From NCBI GenBank assembly GCA_964607485.1, contig CAZSKP010000005.1, forward strand, positions 64,001 to 128,000: a stretch of 64,000 nt of DNA, in the 5' to 3' direction. The notes under the pieces were generated by a model. The model was not told where the DNA came from, searched no databases, and saw only the letters and a list, made by a program, of their open reading frames with translations. A program made the translations under genes and the position numbers. The stretch is from an uncultured bacterium. GTDB taxonomy: Bacteria > Abyssobacteria > SURF-5. Positions 29,128-38,421 of this stretch are shown here, in pieces. Positions within the stretch are counted from its first letter, which is position 1. Each line of letters opens with the position of its first letter.

Positions 29128-30303
29128 TCATAGCCTGGCAATATCCATCGAACGATCCTGCGCAAATCCATTCAGTGCATCGAGAGATGCATCAAGAACG
29201 CTGTCGAACGCCCTCGTACCTGGTCGGAATCCTCCCCTAACGAGCGTTTCGAGCTTGGTTATGACATCTTCCAACAAGGATCTGACGGCCAGTAGTCGAT
29301 TCCTTCGCTCAGTAGCCTCGAACTGACACCATTGGCGATGTATCTCATGAAGAAAATGTCTGAAAGATTCTCCCTCCCTCCATGCGACACTGGAAGGAGT
29401 TTGCGCTGAAAGCAGAGACTCACAATGGTTGCAGATAGGACCGAAGCGACCCTTCAGCCCTCGTCGGTATGCCAAGTCTAACGCTTCTATCCTGTACTCA
29501 CTTAATGTGTCTGCATCGTAGTACCATGTCCTTCTTCTTTGTTCCTCATCTTCTGAAGGTATGTCAAATATTCCTGAGTTAAAAGAGCGAGTGTTCCTGA
29601 AATTGCCGCTTGCTAGCGTTTCAACCCCTGCCGCAGCATAGATTAAGCTCTGTTGATTTCCGTATCCCAATAGTACCCTCTTGCCCCCAAGCTCGACGCT
29701 CAGAAAACCATCCAGCAGAGAATATAAGAATAGTTCATTCGTAACTAGAAATGATGGAGACTGGATGACGAAGTAAACGCCATGAACGGGATAGTTAACA
29801 ACTTCATCGAGAACGGTATCGAACGCTTCTGTGTTTGTAACGACATCCGGGCCCAAGGAGATCGTGCTGTAAACAGGACGGTCAAGCTTCAGCTCGGGTA
29901 CGATTTGCGCGAAACCGGCCTGAGTTGCCAGCCAATCCTCATTTACTGAGTTCGTATAACGTCCGGGAAGAATGATTTCAGAGACATTCAGCGTCTCAAT
30001 CTGGTATTCAACAACTCGCTGTGCAAAAGAGCCAGCCTCACCATTGGCAAATTCTCCGCTTTCAAATTCAACACCGTTCCAGTAGGGATAATCCAAGATC
30101 TTTTCTCTTTCTGTACGTGGCTGATAGAATTGTGGATCGAACATGACGAGCCCACCAAGCTCGAGAATCTCCCTCGCATGACGCTCAATCTGCTCTCTTC
30201 GATACACCCTCGGGGATAGAATTACGCCCGATCCGGGATGAGCCCGCACAAACTCTCTGTCGAGAGGCATCATCTGGTGTCCCTGTTGTAACAAGAATCT
30301 CAT
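29128..30303 (-). CDS. Hypothetical protein, possible TIM-barrel (beta-protein/sce7725/TGT-like), gene 3 of AT-rich cassette
   Basis: ATG at 30303 overlaps the kinase stop (ATGA); motifs GVILSPR, FDPQFY, IILPG, ASGNFRNTRSF, CNHC...RHFLH. The fold assignment is inference. Confidence 0.7.
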   Translation of the reverse strand: MRFLLQQGHQMMPLDREFVRAHPGSGVILSPRVYRREQIERHAREILELGGLVMFDPQFYQPRTEREKILDYPYWNGVEFESGEFANGEAGSFAQRVVEYQIETLNVSEIILPGRYTNSVNEDWLATQAGFAQIVPELKLDRPVYSTISLGPDVVTNTEAFDTVLDEVVNYPVHGVYFVIQSPSFLVTNELFLYSLLDGFLSVELGGKRVLLGYGNQQSLIYAAAGVETLASGNFRNTRSFNSGIFDIPSEDEEQRRRTWYYDADTLSEYRIEALDLAYRRGLKGRFGPICNHCESLLSAQTPSSVAWREGESFRHFLHEIHRQWCQFEATERRNRLLAVRSLLEDVITKLETLVRGGFRPGTRAFDSVLDASLDALNGFAQDRSMDIARL

Positions 30304-31163
30304 CTGTCCCCCCAATCTAGAGATCGAAATTGGCTGAGAGCCATAGCGGCATTTCCAAGTCGCCGGTGAACTGTTTTCTTTAGACAAGACTTCACAAAAT
30401 CGGAAACGCTTTCCGAAAAGCCAAGTCTACTTAGCGGAACCGGTTCAGATGAGAGACAGCGCCTCATGGCCTCTGTTGCTGAAGCGTTTTCCGTAAATGG
30501 ATTGCGCCCTGTAAGACACTCATAAATAACCACACCAAGTGCAAACAAGTCAGTTCTAATGCTGATTTTCCTCTTTTCATTTCTGATTTGCTCTGGCGCA
30601 GAGTATCCTGGAGTAAGTGGGCCATACAGAGCGTAATCCGCCGTAAGGGATTTTAAATCCAAGTGTCGGGCAATTCCGAAGTCTATGAGCAGTATTCTTT
30701 CTCCTTGTCCGAACATGATGTTTTCGGGTTTTATGTCACGGTGAACTAAGGCAGCCTCCTCAACTCTTACTAACGCTTCCAAGACGTTCTCGCCAATCCG
30801 CTTGGTTTCGTCGATAGGCAGGTTCCCTTCGTGCTGAAGTCGGTCCCGCAATGAGCCGCCCTCAAGAAATTCTTCAACAAGGAACACCGCTTTGTGATCT
30901 TTGATTCTAACGCCTCCAAAATCATGCAGCTTTGCGAACCACGGGCCAGCGAGCTTGGAGGAAACCTCTATTTCTCGCAAAACTCGCTTCTCCACCTTAT
31001 CATCGTCCGTACAAATAATCTTTAGAGCCACCAAGCCCGCTTCTTTTGATAAAGCTCTAAAGACAACTTTGTATCCGCCGCGAGCTACTTCACCATCCAT
31101 AGAAAGACTAGGAAAAAGCTCTGCAGCTTCTTTGGTGCTAATGGGAAAAGCTTCTTTTATCAT
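30300..31163 (-). CDS. Hanks-type Ser/Thr protein kinase (catalytic domain only), gene 2 of cassette
   Basis: RGGYKVV, VALK, REIE, VHRDIKPENI, DFGIA, GYSAPEQ, DLFALGVVIYECLTGRNPF; 287 aa, no TM or sensor domain. Confidence 0.95.
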   Translation of the reverse strand: MIKEAFPISTKEAAELFPSLSMDGEVARGGYKVVFRALSKEAGLVALKIICTDDDKVEKRVLREIEVSSKLAGPWFAKLHDFGGVRIKDHKAVFLVEEFLEGGSLRDRLQHEGNLPIDETKRIGENVLEALVRVEEAALVHRDIKPENIMFGQGERILLIDFGIARHLDLKSLTADYALYGPLTPGYSAPEQIRNEKRKISIRTDLFALGVVIYECLTGRNPFTENASATEAMRRCLSSEPVPLSRLGFSESVSDFVKSCLKKTVHRRLGNAAMALSQFRSLDWGDR

Positions 31164-31842
31164 TTGCTAATCCGTCAACGAGTTGTTCGTTTAGACTCCA
31201 CGCCAAATACGTGTTTCTTGGCTTTCGGCACTGCGGGGCTAGAAGGATCCGGAATGAATGGTCTTTTTCAATAACTATGAGGCCGACTTCACGCATCCTG
31301 CAACTTTCTATGACTTTCTGAAGAAACCTTTCTTTCATCCTTGGGATCAGAACATATGAATCTCCCGTAAACCAGAGATGCCGCTCGGCTTGCTCTACTG
31401 CATTCTTCCACTTCGTCAGCTTGCCTTCATAAGTTGTTATGCGCTTTATGGCAAAAACCTCGCCAAGCGGGCGAGCTCGGATACATCCATTCTTAGAGAG
31501 GACTAGTCGTCTCGACCTAAGTCTGCTTGAGATATCTTTTGCCTCACCGACCGAGCATCGTAGGTGTGCGGCGAGACTGTTTGTCTTGGTCCAACGTCTT
31601 CTTGTAAGTATTTGCATGGCATAAGCGCACGCTTGCGAGAAGTCTGGCATTCCTTTCCTCAAAGATCGTACCCGTCTTGAAATAACGCTCTTCTTATATT
31701 CGACTACCAACACATCCGGACGGCCATAGCGGGTATCAGCCTCTTGCTCCATCCAAATGCTTTTCCCTTTGCCGGTCTCCAAATTCTTCTTAAGGCATGA
31801 TGTGAAGCAATCTACCAACTCCATCTCACTCCGCCAAATCAT
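31138..31842 (-). CDS. Hypothetical PD-(D/E)xK nuclease-like protein with probable inserted winged-helix, gene 1 of cassette
   Basis: SEMEL...EQE...GRPDV...YEGKL..WKNAVEQA...WF...SYV...VGLI pattern; basic helical insert TNSLAAHLRCSVGEAKDISSRLRSRRLV. Confidence 0.7.
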   Translation of the reverse strand: MIWRSEMELVDCFTSCLKKNLETGKGKSIWMEQEADTRYGRPDVLVVEYKKSVISRRVRSLRKGMPDFSQACAYAMQILTRRRWTKTNSLAAHLRCSVGEAKDISSRLRSRRLVLSKNGCIRARPLGEVFAIKRITTYEGKLTKWKNAVEQAERHLWFTGDSYVLIPRMKERFLQKVIESCRMREVGLIVIEKDHSFRILLAPQCRKPRNTYLAWSLNEQLVDGLANDKRSFSH

Positions 31843-31889
31843 ATCACGAACCTTTCATTGCTCAAGTCTATATACGCTTAACTTCCATT

Positions 31890-31898
31890 ATTATACCA
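31890..31898 (-). promoter_or_regulatory. Extended -10 promoter (TGgTATAAT) for the three-gene cassette
   Basis: Minus strand TGGTATAAT about 50 bp upstream of ATG 31842, with a GAAAGG RBS-like sequence in between. Confidence 0.55.
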
Positions 31899-31949
31899 CA
31901 AACCAACGCTGACAAGTCTGAACTCAGCCAAGAAAAGGCAGGATGCCCT

Positions 31950-32210
31950 ATATCTTGTCTTGACCTTGACCCCTTTACCATTCTAATTTCGAGGGTGTGC
32001 CCCTACGTGGCATCCGTATTTATCCGTGTGTATCTGTGGTTCATGAGATTCTTCGCTGCGCTCAGAATGACAAGAAGGGTTCAGAATGACCAGCGGTGTT
32101 CAGGATGATGACGGATGTAACCGTATCGATCGCGGGCGCAGCATGGTGCGGCGCTGCAAGAAAACATTCGTCACGCCAATCTGCGAGAATCGGCGAAATC
32201 TGCGGATGTA
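31950..32210. repeat. Cluster of REP-like / short-repeat remnants
   Basis: TCTTGACCTTGACCCC; GTGTGCCCCTAC; ATCCGTATTTATCCGTGTGTATCTGTGG; GAGATTCTTCGCTGCGCTCAGAATGACA (32045-32072, similar to the element at 43770-43890); AATCTGCGAGAATCGGCGAAATCTGCGGA. Confidence 0.6.
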
Positions 32211-32233
32211 AGTCTTTCTAGCGACACACCCCC

Positions 32234-33529
32234 TCACTCCTCGCGGGAAATAGACCAGTTGGGGTGTTGCAGGCAGACTTCGTTGAGGTAGTCTTCGACC
32301 CAGTCCTTCACGTCGGGGCTGATGTAGAATTTCGGCTCCATCAGCGGATCGTCCGCTGAGATGAGGCCCTCCTTGACCGCGATGTCGAACAGGCCGGTGT
32401 TCGGCATGAGCCGGATGCCGACGCAATAGTCGAGCATGAACGGCGTGCGCTCAGCCGCGAACGCGACGGATTCCTCGACGCTCTCGCGGGTCTCGCCCGG
32501 CCCGCCGACGAGCAGCGACAGAATGTAGTTGATCCCCATCTCCTCGAGCATCTCGGCGGTTCGCCGGAGTTCCTCTTTCGTGATATCCTTCTGCAATACC
32601 TCAAGCATTCGCTCAGACAACGTGTCCGATGCGAGCGAGACCGCCTGGCAGCCGGAGTCGCGCATGAGTTCGAGAAGCTCGCGGTCGGCGAATCCGGGAT
32701 GCACCGTGCCGAGCCAGAATATGTTCAGGCCGCGCCGGATTATCGTGCGGCACACCTCTTTGGCGTGGTCGAGCGGATGATTGAAAACGGCATCGGTGAA
32801 GAACGCCACGTTGATGCCGAGGTCCTGCTGCATCGTCACGAGTTCGTCAACGACGTGCTCGGGCGACTTCATGCGCCAGCGCGGACCCATCGTGTGCCGG
32901 GCATCGCAGTAGAGACAGCGGAACACACACCCCTGCTTGATGACGATGTTGCCGAAGCCGCCTGCGGTCATGTAGCGCTGGTTGTCGAACAGGTCGCGGC
33001 GCGGCAGGCGGAGCGCGTCGAGGTTCTCGATGTGCCGCATGGGATTCATCCGCGTGCCGTCGGCTCCGCGCCAGACGAGACCGGGGATATCCGATGGGTC
33101 GGCCTTCGCGTCGAGCCGCTCGATCAGCGCAGGAAACGCGGCCTCCCCCTCTCCAGCGATGCCGAAATCCGCCTGCATGTAATCGAAGATCGCGACGGGC
33201 GTCACGGTGAACGCCGGCCCGCCGATGACGATGACGGCGCCTGAGTTCTCGCGGCACAGATCGACGACCTCCTTGTCCTTCGGGAGCAGGTACACGGTGT
33301 TCAGATAGCTCTGGTTATCGAGATTGCGAACCGAAATCGCAACCACGTCAGGAGCGAAGTCGGACAGAGCGGCCTTCAGCTCCTCGTCGGGATTCTCGCA
33401 AAACATGAGGTCGAGCACGCGCAGCTCGTGCCGGGATTCGTCAACCTGAGCGATGATGCTCGCGAGTCCCAGCGGCATCGGGGGCATGATGCGTTTGAGC
33501 CGGTTCGATGACACGAAAAGGATTCTCAT
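32234..33529 (-). CDS. B12-binding domain radical SAM protein
   Basis: PLGLASI, ISVRNLDN, IGGPAF, GEGE; GCVFRCLYC CxxxCxxC motif; GGPGET. Confidence 0.93.
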   Translation of the reverse strand: MRILFVSSNRLKRIMPPMPLGLASIIAQVDESRHELRVLDLMFCENPDEELKAALSDFAPDVVAISVRNLDNQSYLNTVYLLPKDKEVVDLCRENSGAVIVIGGPAFTVTPVAIFDYMQADFGIAGEGEAAFPALIERLDAKADPSDIPGLVWRGADGTRMNPMRHIENLDALRLPRRDLFDNQRYMTAGGFGNIVIKQGCVFRCLYCDARHTMGPRWRMKSPEHVVDELVTMQQDLGINVAFFTDAVFNHPLDHAKEVCRTIIRRGLNIFWLGTVHPGFADRELLELMRDSGCQAVSLASDTLSERMLEVLQKDITKEELRRTAEMLEEMGINYILSLLVGGPGETRESVEESVAFAAERTPFMLDYCVGIRLMPNTGLFDIAVKEGLISADDPLMEPKFYISPDVKDWVEDYLNEVCLQHPNWSISREE

Positions 33530-33609
33530 TGCACCCTCCGGTACACTCCAAATTTACTCAATTTCATCCTACCGTCAAACGAAAGTCGAGACCCTACTAC
33601 CGCTTACAA

Positions 33610-34476
33610 TTAGGTTGCGAAGACGAGAAAAACAGGCGTCACCACGACGCTGAGCAATGTGCCGAGCACGATCGCCGAGGCCACTGCGTCGGGGTCGGCG
33701 CCATACTTCTGCGCCAGGATCACGTTAAACACCGCGGGCGGCATCACCGCATCAAGAAAGATCACGTTGCGGGTCAACCCCGAAACACTGAGTACCAGGG
33801 CGAACGCGGCGGCGATCAGCAGACCGCCGCCCATCCGTAACACGACGGCGGCCGCGGCGTGGTGGAGGTCCGAGACCGTCAGCGACCGGAGCTGGATGCC
33901 GAGGTTGAGTATCATCAGGGGAATCGCAACGTCAGCCAGCATTTCGATCGGCGTCATCAGGAATTTCGGCAGATGCCATCTAAGTATCGACACGGCCAGT
34001 CCACCGAGCGCTGCGTAGATGAGCGGAAGCCTGAATATCTCCTGGATGCCGCCCTCCCCCTTCGCGATGAAGATGCCCAACGAGTAGGTTGTCACCGCAA
34101 TCGCAACGTAAAAGATTATCGCCTTGTCGAAGCCGGGCCTGCCGAAAGCCAGCAGCGCGAACGGCAACGCCATGTTGCCCGAATTCATGAACATCGCAGG
34201 CAGAAAGAGCCCGCGTATCCGTATGCCGCGAATCCGCTGATACAGCCACATCAGTCCGCCGGTACCGAGCACGACGGTCACGGCGGCGCCCCCCATGACC
34301 AGCCACTCCGACATCACGATCTCGCGCTTCGCGATCGAGCTGAAGATGAGGCATGGACTCGTCGCATACACCATGATCTCTGAGATCGTGGGTATGTCCA
34401 GTTGTTTGATTCGCGCAAGGAGATATCCCAGCGCAATGATGGAAAAAACAGGGAATACGACCTCGAAGACCGTCAC
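33610..34476 (-). CDS. AEC family transporter
   Basis: PVFSIIALGYLL, PCLIFSSI, NSGNMALPFALLAFG, IPLMILNLG, MPPAV; GTG start at 34476 after GGAG. Confidence 0.9.
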   Translation of the reverse strand: MTVFEVVFPVFSIIALGYLLARIKQLDIPTISEIMVYATSPCLIFSSIAKREIVMSEWLVMGGAAVTVVLGTGGLMWLYQRIRGIRIRGLFLPAMFMNSGNMALPFALLAFGRPGFDKAIIFYVAIAVTTYSLGIFIAKGEGGIQEIFRLPLIYAALGGLAVSILRWHLPKFLMTPIEMLADVAIPLMILNLGIQLRSLTVSDLHHAAAAVVLRMGGGLLIAAAFALVLSVSGLTRNVIFLDAVMPPAVFNVILAQKYGADPDAVASAIVLGTLLSVVVTPVFLVFAT

Positions 34477-34785
34477 GCCTATCAGCTCCAGAAAGAAAAA
34501 GAACCGGCCGCCACACGGGATCCGCGCGATCGCAGCCGATCTCCCGCACTCAAATAGAAGAAGCCGTCCGACAAGCGTGCACATGGTAGCACATAGACGC
34601 CGGGATTTCAAGAAACCGGGGCGTGGGGCAGTCCCGCCCGACGCTTGGTTCTCACGCCGCGACAAGAAGAGCAGAGGTTGGGGTGTCCTTATTGACACCC
34701 GCTCACGCGTGACATACACTAGTAGGCGTGAGAGTTGTGCAACCGGTTCGCTTCCATTCCCGCACATGCGAGGGGGACTGAAGGA

Positions 34786-35460
34786 ATGAATCCTTTTATG
34801 CCTTATGCGGATGTTTTGCTCAAGATTGCAGTGTCAATTGTGTTCGGCGGAATGATAGGGCTCGAACGCGAGCATCACAACCAGCCGGCCGGCCTTAAGA
34901 CGCACATCATACTGTGTGTGGGCGCCACGCTGATAACCGTCGTGTCGATAGAATTGGCTCGCGATTGGGCGGGACCTCTCCAGGCCGACCCGACCCGGAT
35001 CGCCGCGAACATCGTGACCGGAATCGGCTTCCTCGGCGGCGGCGCCATCCTGAGAATGGGCGCGACCGTGAGGGGGCTCACGACGGCGGCCTGCCTGTGG
35101 GCCGTCGCGGGAGTGGGGATGGCCATCGGGGGCGGATATTACTTTGCGGCCTCGGTGGCGATACTCACCATCCTGCTGACGCTCCATCTGCTGTCGCGCG
35201 TTGAAAACGTGTTTCTCCATAGGAAGACGTTCAAGGAGATGACGCTGATTGCAAGGAGCTCACCCGATATTCTTGGCAGCGTGGAAAAAGTTCTGTCGGC
35301 CAATCAGATTTCTATAAGAAACATCGAAGTTGAACGAGATATAACGGAGCCGAATGTGGAGCTTCGGGCGCTTGTGACGGTTCCGGGAGAGGTGAATCTT
35401 AACAAGATCACCGACGAAATCTTCCAGATTCCGGGGACGATACGGTTCGAGCTGGAATGA
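34786..35460 (+). CDS. MgtC/SapB family protein
   Basis: IGLERE...PAGLKTHIILCVGA, DPTRIAANIVTGIGFLGGGAI, GLTTAA; C-terminal ACT-like domain. Confidence 0.93.
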   Translation: MNPFMPYADVLLKIAVSIVFGGMIGLEREHHNQPAGLKTHIILCVGATLITVVSIELARDWAGPLQADPTRIAANIVTGIGFLGGGAILRMGATVRGLTTAACLWAVAGVGMAIGGGYYFAASVAILTILLTLHLLSRVENVFLHRKTFKEMTLIARSSPDILGSVEKVLSANQISIRNIEVERDITEPNVELRALVTVPGEVNLNKITDEIFQIPGTIRFELE

Positions 35461-35688
35461 CCGGGCGGAAGCGGGCCACGACCCGCGTCGCATCGCAGTA
35501 GCGTCGTGCCGAACGGTTAGAGCCCAAAGCGCGAGCCGGGCACTTGAACCGGAAACCGCCTTCTGATACACTCCAATCTCGAGCCTCGGCACCCCCCGCA
35601 CGGTTTATGAGGTTCACAGACCGTTCATTCGATATACCTCCGGATTGGTTCCGAGTAATACCGGACGCCGGATGAAAAGGAGCTTGGC

Positions 35689-37593
35689 ATGCTGCGATTC
35701 TTTGGAACTGCCCGAATCGAGAAATTCAACGCACGTTACGCCATCATCATTCTGGCGGCAGTCATCGGGGTTCTCGCGACGTCCATCCTCGGCGAGCCCG
35801 CCGAAAAGGTCAGCCGCCCCGGCCATTATCAGGGGTATTCATTTCCGAAGTACGAAGGGATCGAGTCGTCGTCGTTCTATCTGCCGATGCGCGACGGAGT
35901 GAAGATCGCCGTTGATCTGCATCTGCCCAAAGGGCTGGACGAGGGCGAAAAGGTTCCGACCATCCTGTTCCAGACCCGCTATGTCCGGTCGATGGACCTC
36001 AGGTGGCCGTTCAGCCTTTTCAAAGAGAGCTCGCCCGAGGTGGGGACGACGATAAAGCTTTTCGTCCCCCGCGGGTACGCATGGGTGAGCGCAGACGTGC
36101 GCGGCTCCGGGGCCTCCTTCGGGACGCGGCCGTATCCCTGGTCGCCGGACGAGGTGAAGGACGGTGCCGAGATCGTAGACTGGATCATCAGCCAGCCGTG
36201 GTCCGACGGCACGGTCGGCTCGCTCGGTTGGTCCTATACCGGATCGGCCAGCGAATTTCTCCTGCTCAACAATCATCCGGCGGTGAAAGCCGTGGCGCCG
36301 AGATTCTCCCTGTTCGACGTGTACACCGACATCGCGTTCCCGGGAGGCGTCCAGCTTCGCTGGTTTACCAAGACATGGGCTCGCGTCAACAGCATCCTGG
36401 ACCGGAACGCGATGAGCGAGTTCGGGTTGTTGGCCGGCCTGTCCGTGCGAGGGACAAAACCGGTGGACGCCGACAAGGACCGGTCCATGCTGGCGGCGGC
36501 AATCAGCGAGCACCAGGGCAACTACAACGTTCACGAGCAGGTCCTCGGCATCACATACCGCGACGACGTCGCCCCCTCGGGGCTGGGCACTATCGACAAC
36601 TTCAGCCCGTCCGCCTTCGTGGACAAGCTTAACTCGTCGGGCGCGGCGATATACAGTTACTCCGGATGGTTCGACGGCGCTTACCCGCACGCGGCCATCA
36701 AGCGGTTCCTGACGCTCACGAATCCCCAGAAGCTTATCATCGGGCCGTGGCCCCATTCCGTGAAGATCCGTCAGTGGTGGCCGAACGCGCAAGAGGTGGA
36801 GTACGACCACGACGCGGAAATGCTCAGGTTCTTCGACTATTATCTCAAGGGAATCGACAACGGCATCATGGACGAGAAACCGGTCTGCTACTACACGATG
36901 GTCGAGGAAGCGTGGAAGTGGGCCGACACCTGGCCGCCGCCCTCCGAGACGAGGAGATACTTCTTCTCGGACGGAAACCGGCTCGGGACCGATGAGCCCG
37001 TCGCGTCCGAGGGTTCCGACATGTACCGTGTCGACTACACGACCGGCACCGGGCTGACGTCGCGATGGGTTTCTCTCGTGAATGTGGAAGAGGTTCCGAT
37101 AGAATACAAGGGACGGAAGAAGGAAGACGAAAAGCTTCTCTGCTACACGTCTCCTCCTCTGGAGCAAGACACGGAGGTGACAGGACACCCCATTGTCCGC
37201 CTGTATGTCTCGTCCACGGCCGACGACGGCAACTTCTTTGCGTACCTCGAAGATGTTGACCCCACGGGAGACGTCACCTACGTCACCGAAGGCGAGTTGC
37301 GCGCGCTCCACCGCAAACTGAGCGATGAGAAGCCGCCGTATGTCGACGTGGTGCCCTATCGCACGTTCAACCGCAGGGACGCAATGCCCCTCGTGCCGGG
37401 CGAGGTGGCGGAGCTTGTGTTCGACCTGCTGCCAACCTCGTATCTCTATAAGAAAGGGCACTCGATTCGGGTGGCGATTGCCGGCGCCGACAAGGACCAT
37501 TTCGCGCTGATGAAAACCGATCCGCCGCCCACGCTGACAGTGTTCCGGAACAAGCACCATGCGTCGGCCATTGACTTACCCGTGGTCCGCTGA
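35689..37593 (+). CDS. CocE/NonD family serine hydrolase, probably exported
   Basis: MRDGVKIAVDLHLP, DVRGSGASFG, GWSYTG nucleophile motif, IGPWPH; N-terminal hydrophobic segment. Confidence 0.93.
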   Translation: MLRFFGTARIEKFNARYAIIILAAVIGVLATSILGEPAEKVSRPGHYQGYSFPKYEGIESSSFYLPMRDGVKIAVDLHLPKGLDEGEKVPTILFQTRYVRSMDLRWPFSLFKESSPEVGTTIKLFVPRGYAWVSADVRGSGASFGTRPYPWSPDEVKDGAEIVDWIISQPWSDGTVGSLGWSYTGSASEFLLLNNHPAVKAVAPRFSLFDVYTDIAFPGGVQLRWFTKTWARVNSILDRNAMSEFGLLAGLSVRGTKPVDADKDRSMLAAAISEHQGNYNVHEQVLGITYRDDVAPSGLGTIDNFSPSAFVDKLNSSGAAIYSYSGWFDGAYPHAAIKRFLTLTNPQKLIIGPWPHSVKIRQWWPNAQEVEYDHDAEMLRFFDYYLKGIDNGIMDEKPVCYYTMVEEAWKWADTWPPPSETRRYFFSDGNRLGTDEPVASEGSDMYRVDYTTGTGLTSRWVSLVNVEEVPIEYKGRKKEDEKLLCYTSPPLEQDTEVTGHPIVRLYVSSTADDGNFFAYLEDVDPTGDVTYVTEGELRALHRKLSDEKPPYVDVVPYRTFNRRDAMPLVPGEVAELVFDLLPTSYLYKKGHSIRVAIAGADKDHFALMKTDPPPTLTVFRNKHHASAIDLPVVR

Positions 37594-37668
37594 TAGGACG
37601 CCGTTCGAACGGGGATGCACGGCGGCTTGATCTTGGGCGCCTACTTGACTAAGAGGAGGATCTTTCGT

Positions 37669-38190
37669 ATGATGGGTTTCATGAACGAACCTTCCGCCGG
37701 GCGGCTCTCATTCCGAATTTCTGCGAGCAACAGGTGCGCCCGGCTGTTGCGTTCAGGCGGCGCGGCAGCGGTGTTAGCAGTCGTTATCGCCCTGGCATCC
37801 TGCGCCTCGTCGGCTGAGTACCCCGCCATGCCCCCTCCGATGACGAAGGTTCTGCCCGCGAGTTTTCAGAAGACGTTTGACGCCACGCGGTCGGTATTGG
37901 ATGAAGACCGGAGGCTGGTTCTGCACACCATTGACAACGCCGGCAGGTTTGTCGCATGGGAGAAAACGGGCGGATTCATCTTCTTCCAGCATAGGACGGT
38001 CCTCGACATCAGGCTGGAGCCGGTCGGCCCCGAGCAGACAAAGGTCGTCATGCACATGAGCGCCGAATCATACGAGATGGGCGGCCTCACGCGTCCTGCC
38101 GGCTGGTATCCTTCCTCGGATGTGGACACTTTCCTCGGCGAAGACATCATGGGCCTCATCGAGAAGAAGGCCGAAAAGTTGTCGGGATAG
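37669..38190 (+). CDS. Hypothetical lipoprotein
   Basis: GAGGAGGA RBS; hydrophobic stretch ending LASC; coding-like codon usage. Confidence 0.65.
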   Translation: MMGFMNEPSAGRLSFRISASNRCARLLRSGGAAAVLAVVIALASCASSAEYPAMPPPMTKVLPASFQKTFDATRSVLDEDRRLVLHTIDNAGRFVAWEKTGGFIFFQHRTVLDIRLEPVGPEQTKVVMHMSAESYEMGGLTRPAGWYPSSDVDTFLGEDIMGLIEKKAEKLSG

Positions 38191-38255
38191 GCTGGGCGCC
38201 GGCGGCGTCCCTTCCGGCGTCGCGCATTCCGTGGCGTGTTCGATTCCTTAATAAC

Positions 38256-38374
38256 GTAGGGGCGCACGGCCGTGCGCCCCGACGGGGGTGTGGATTTGGG
38301 GGAATGTGGCGGGGGGTGGGGGGGGGGGTTGATTTTCTTAAATCCGGTGGGGCCCCGCGGCGGGCCGCCCCTAC
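38256..38374. repeat. GTAG-type REP-like palindrome pair flanking a poly-G tract
   Basis: GTAGGGGCGCACGGCCGTGCGCCCCGAC at 38256 and a degenerate inverted copy ending GCCCCTAC at 38374, between convergent genes. Confidence 0.6.
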
Positions 38375-38421
38375 TCGTTTCTGCATTTGCGGAAATGTGA
38401 CGGTGCTTCTGGAGCGTCTTT

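Noticed and set aside
29115-32230. Prophage, IS or integrative element boundaries around the AT-rich cassette
   Set aside because: No integrase, transposase, tRNA or clear flanking direct repeat found by eye.
34477-34767. N-terminal extension of the AEC transporter ORF
   Set aside because: Not protein-like and covers the divergent promoter region; a GTG start with RBS exists at 34476.
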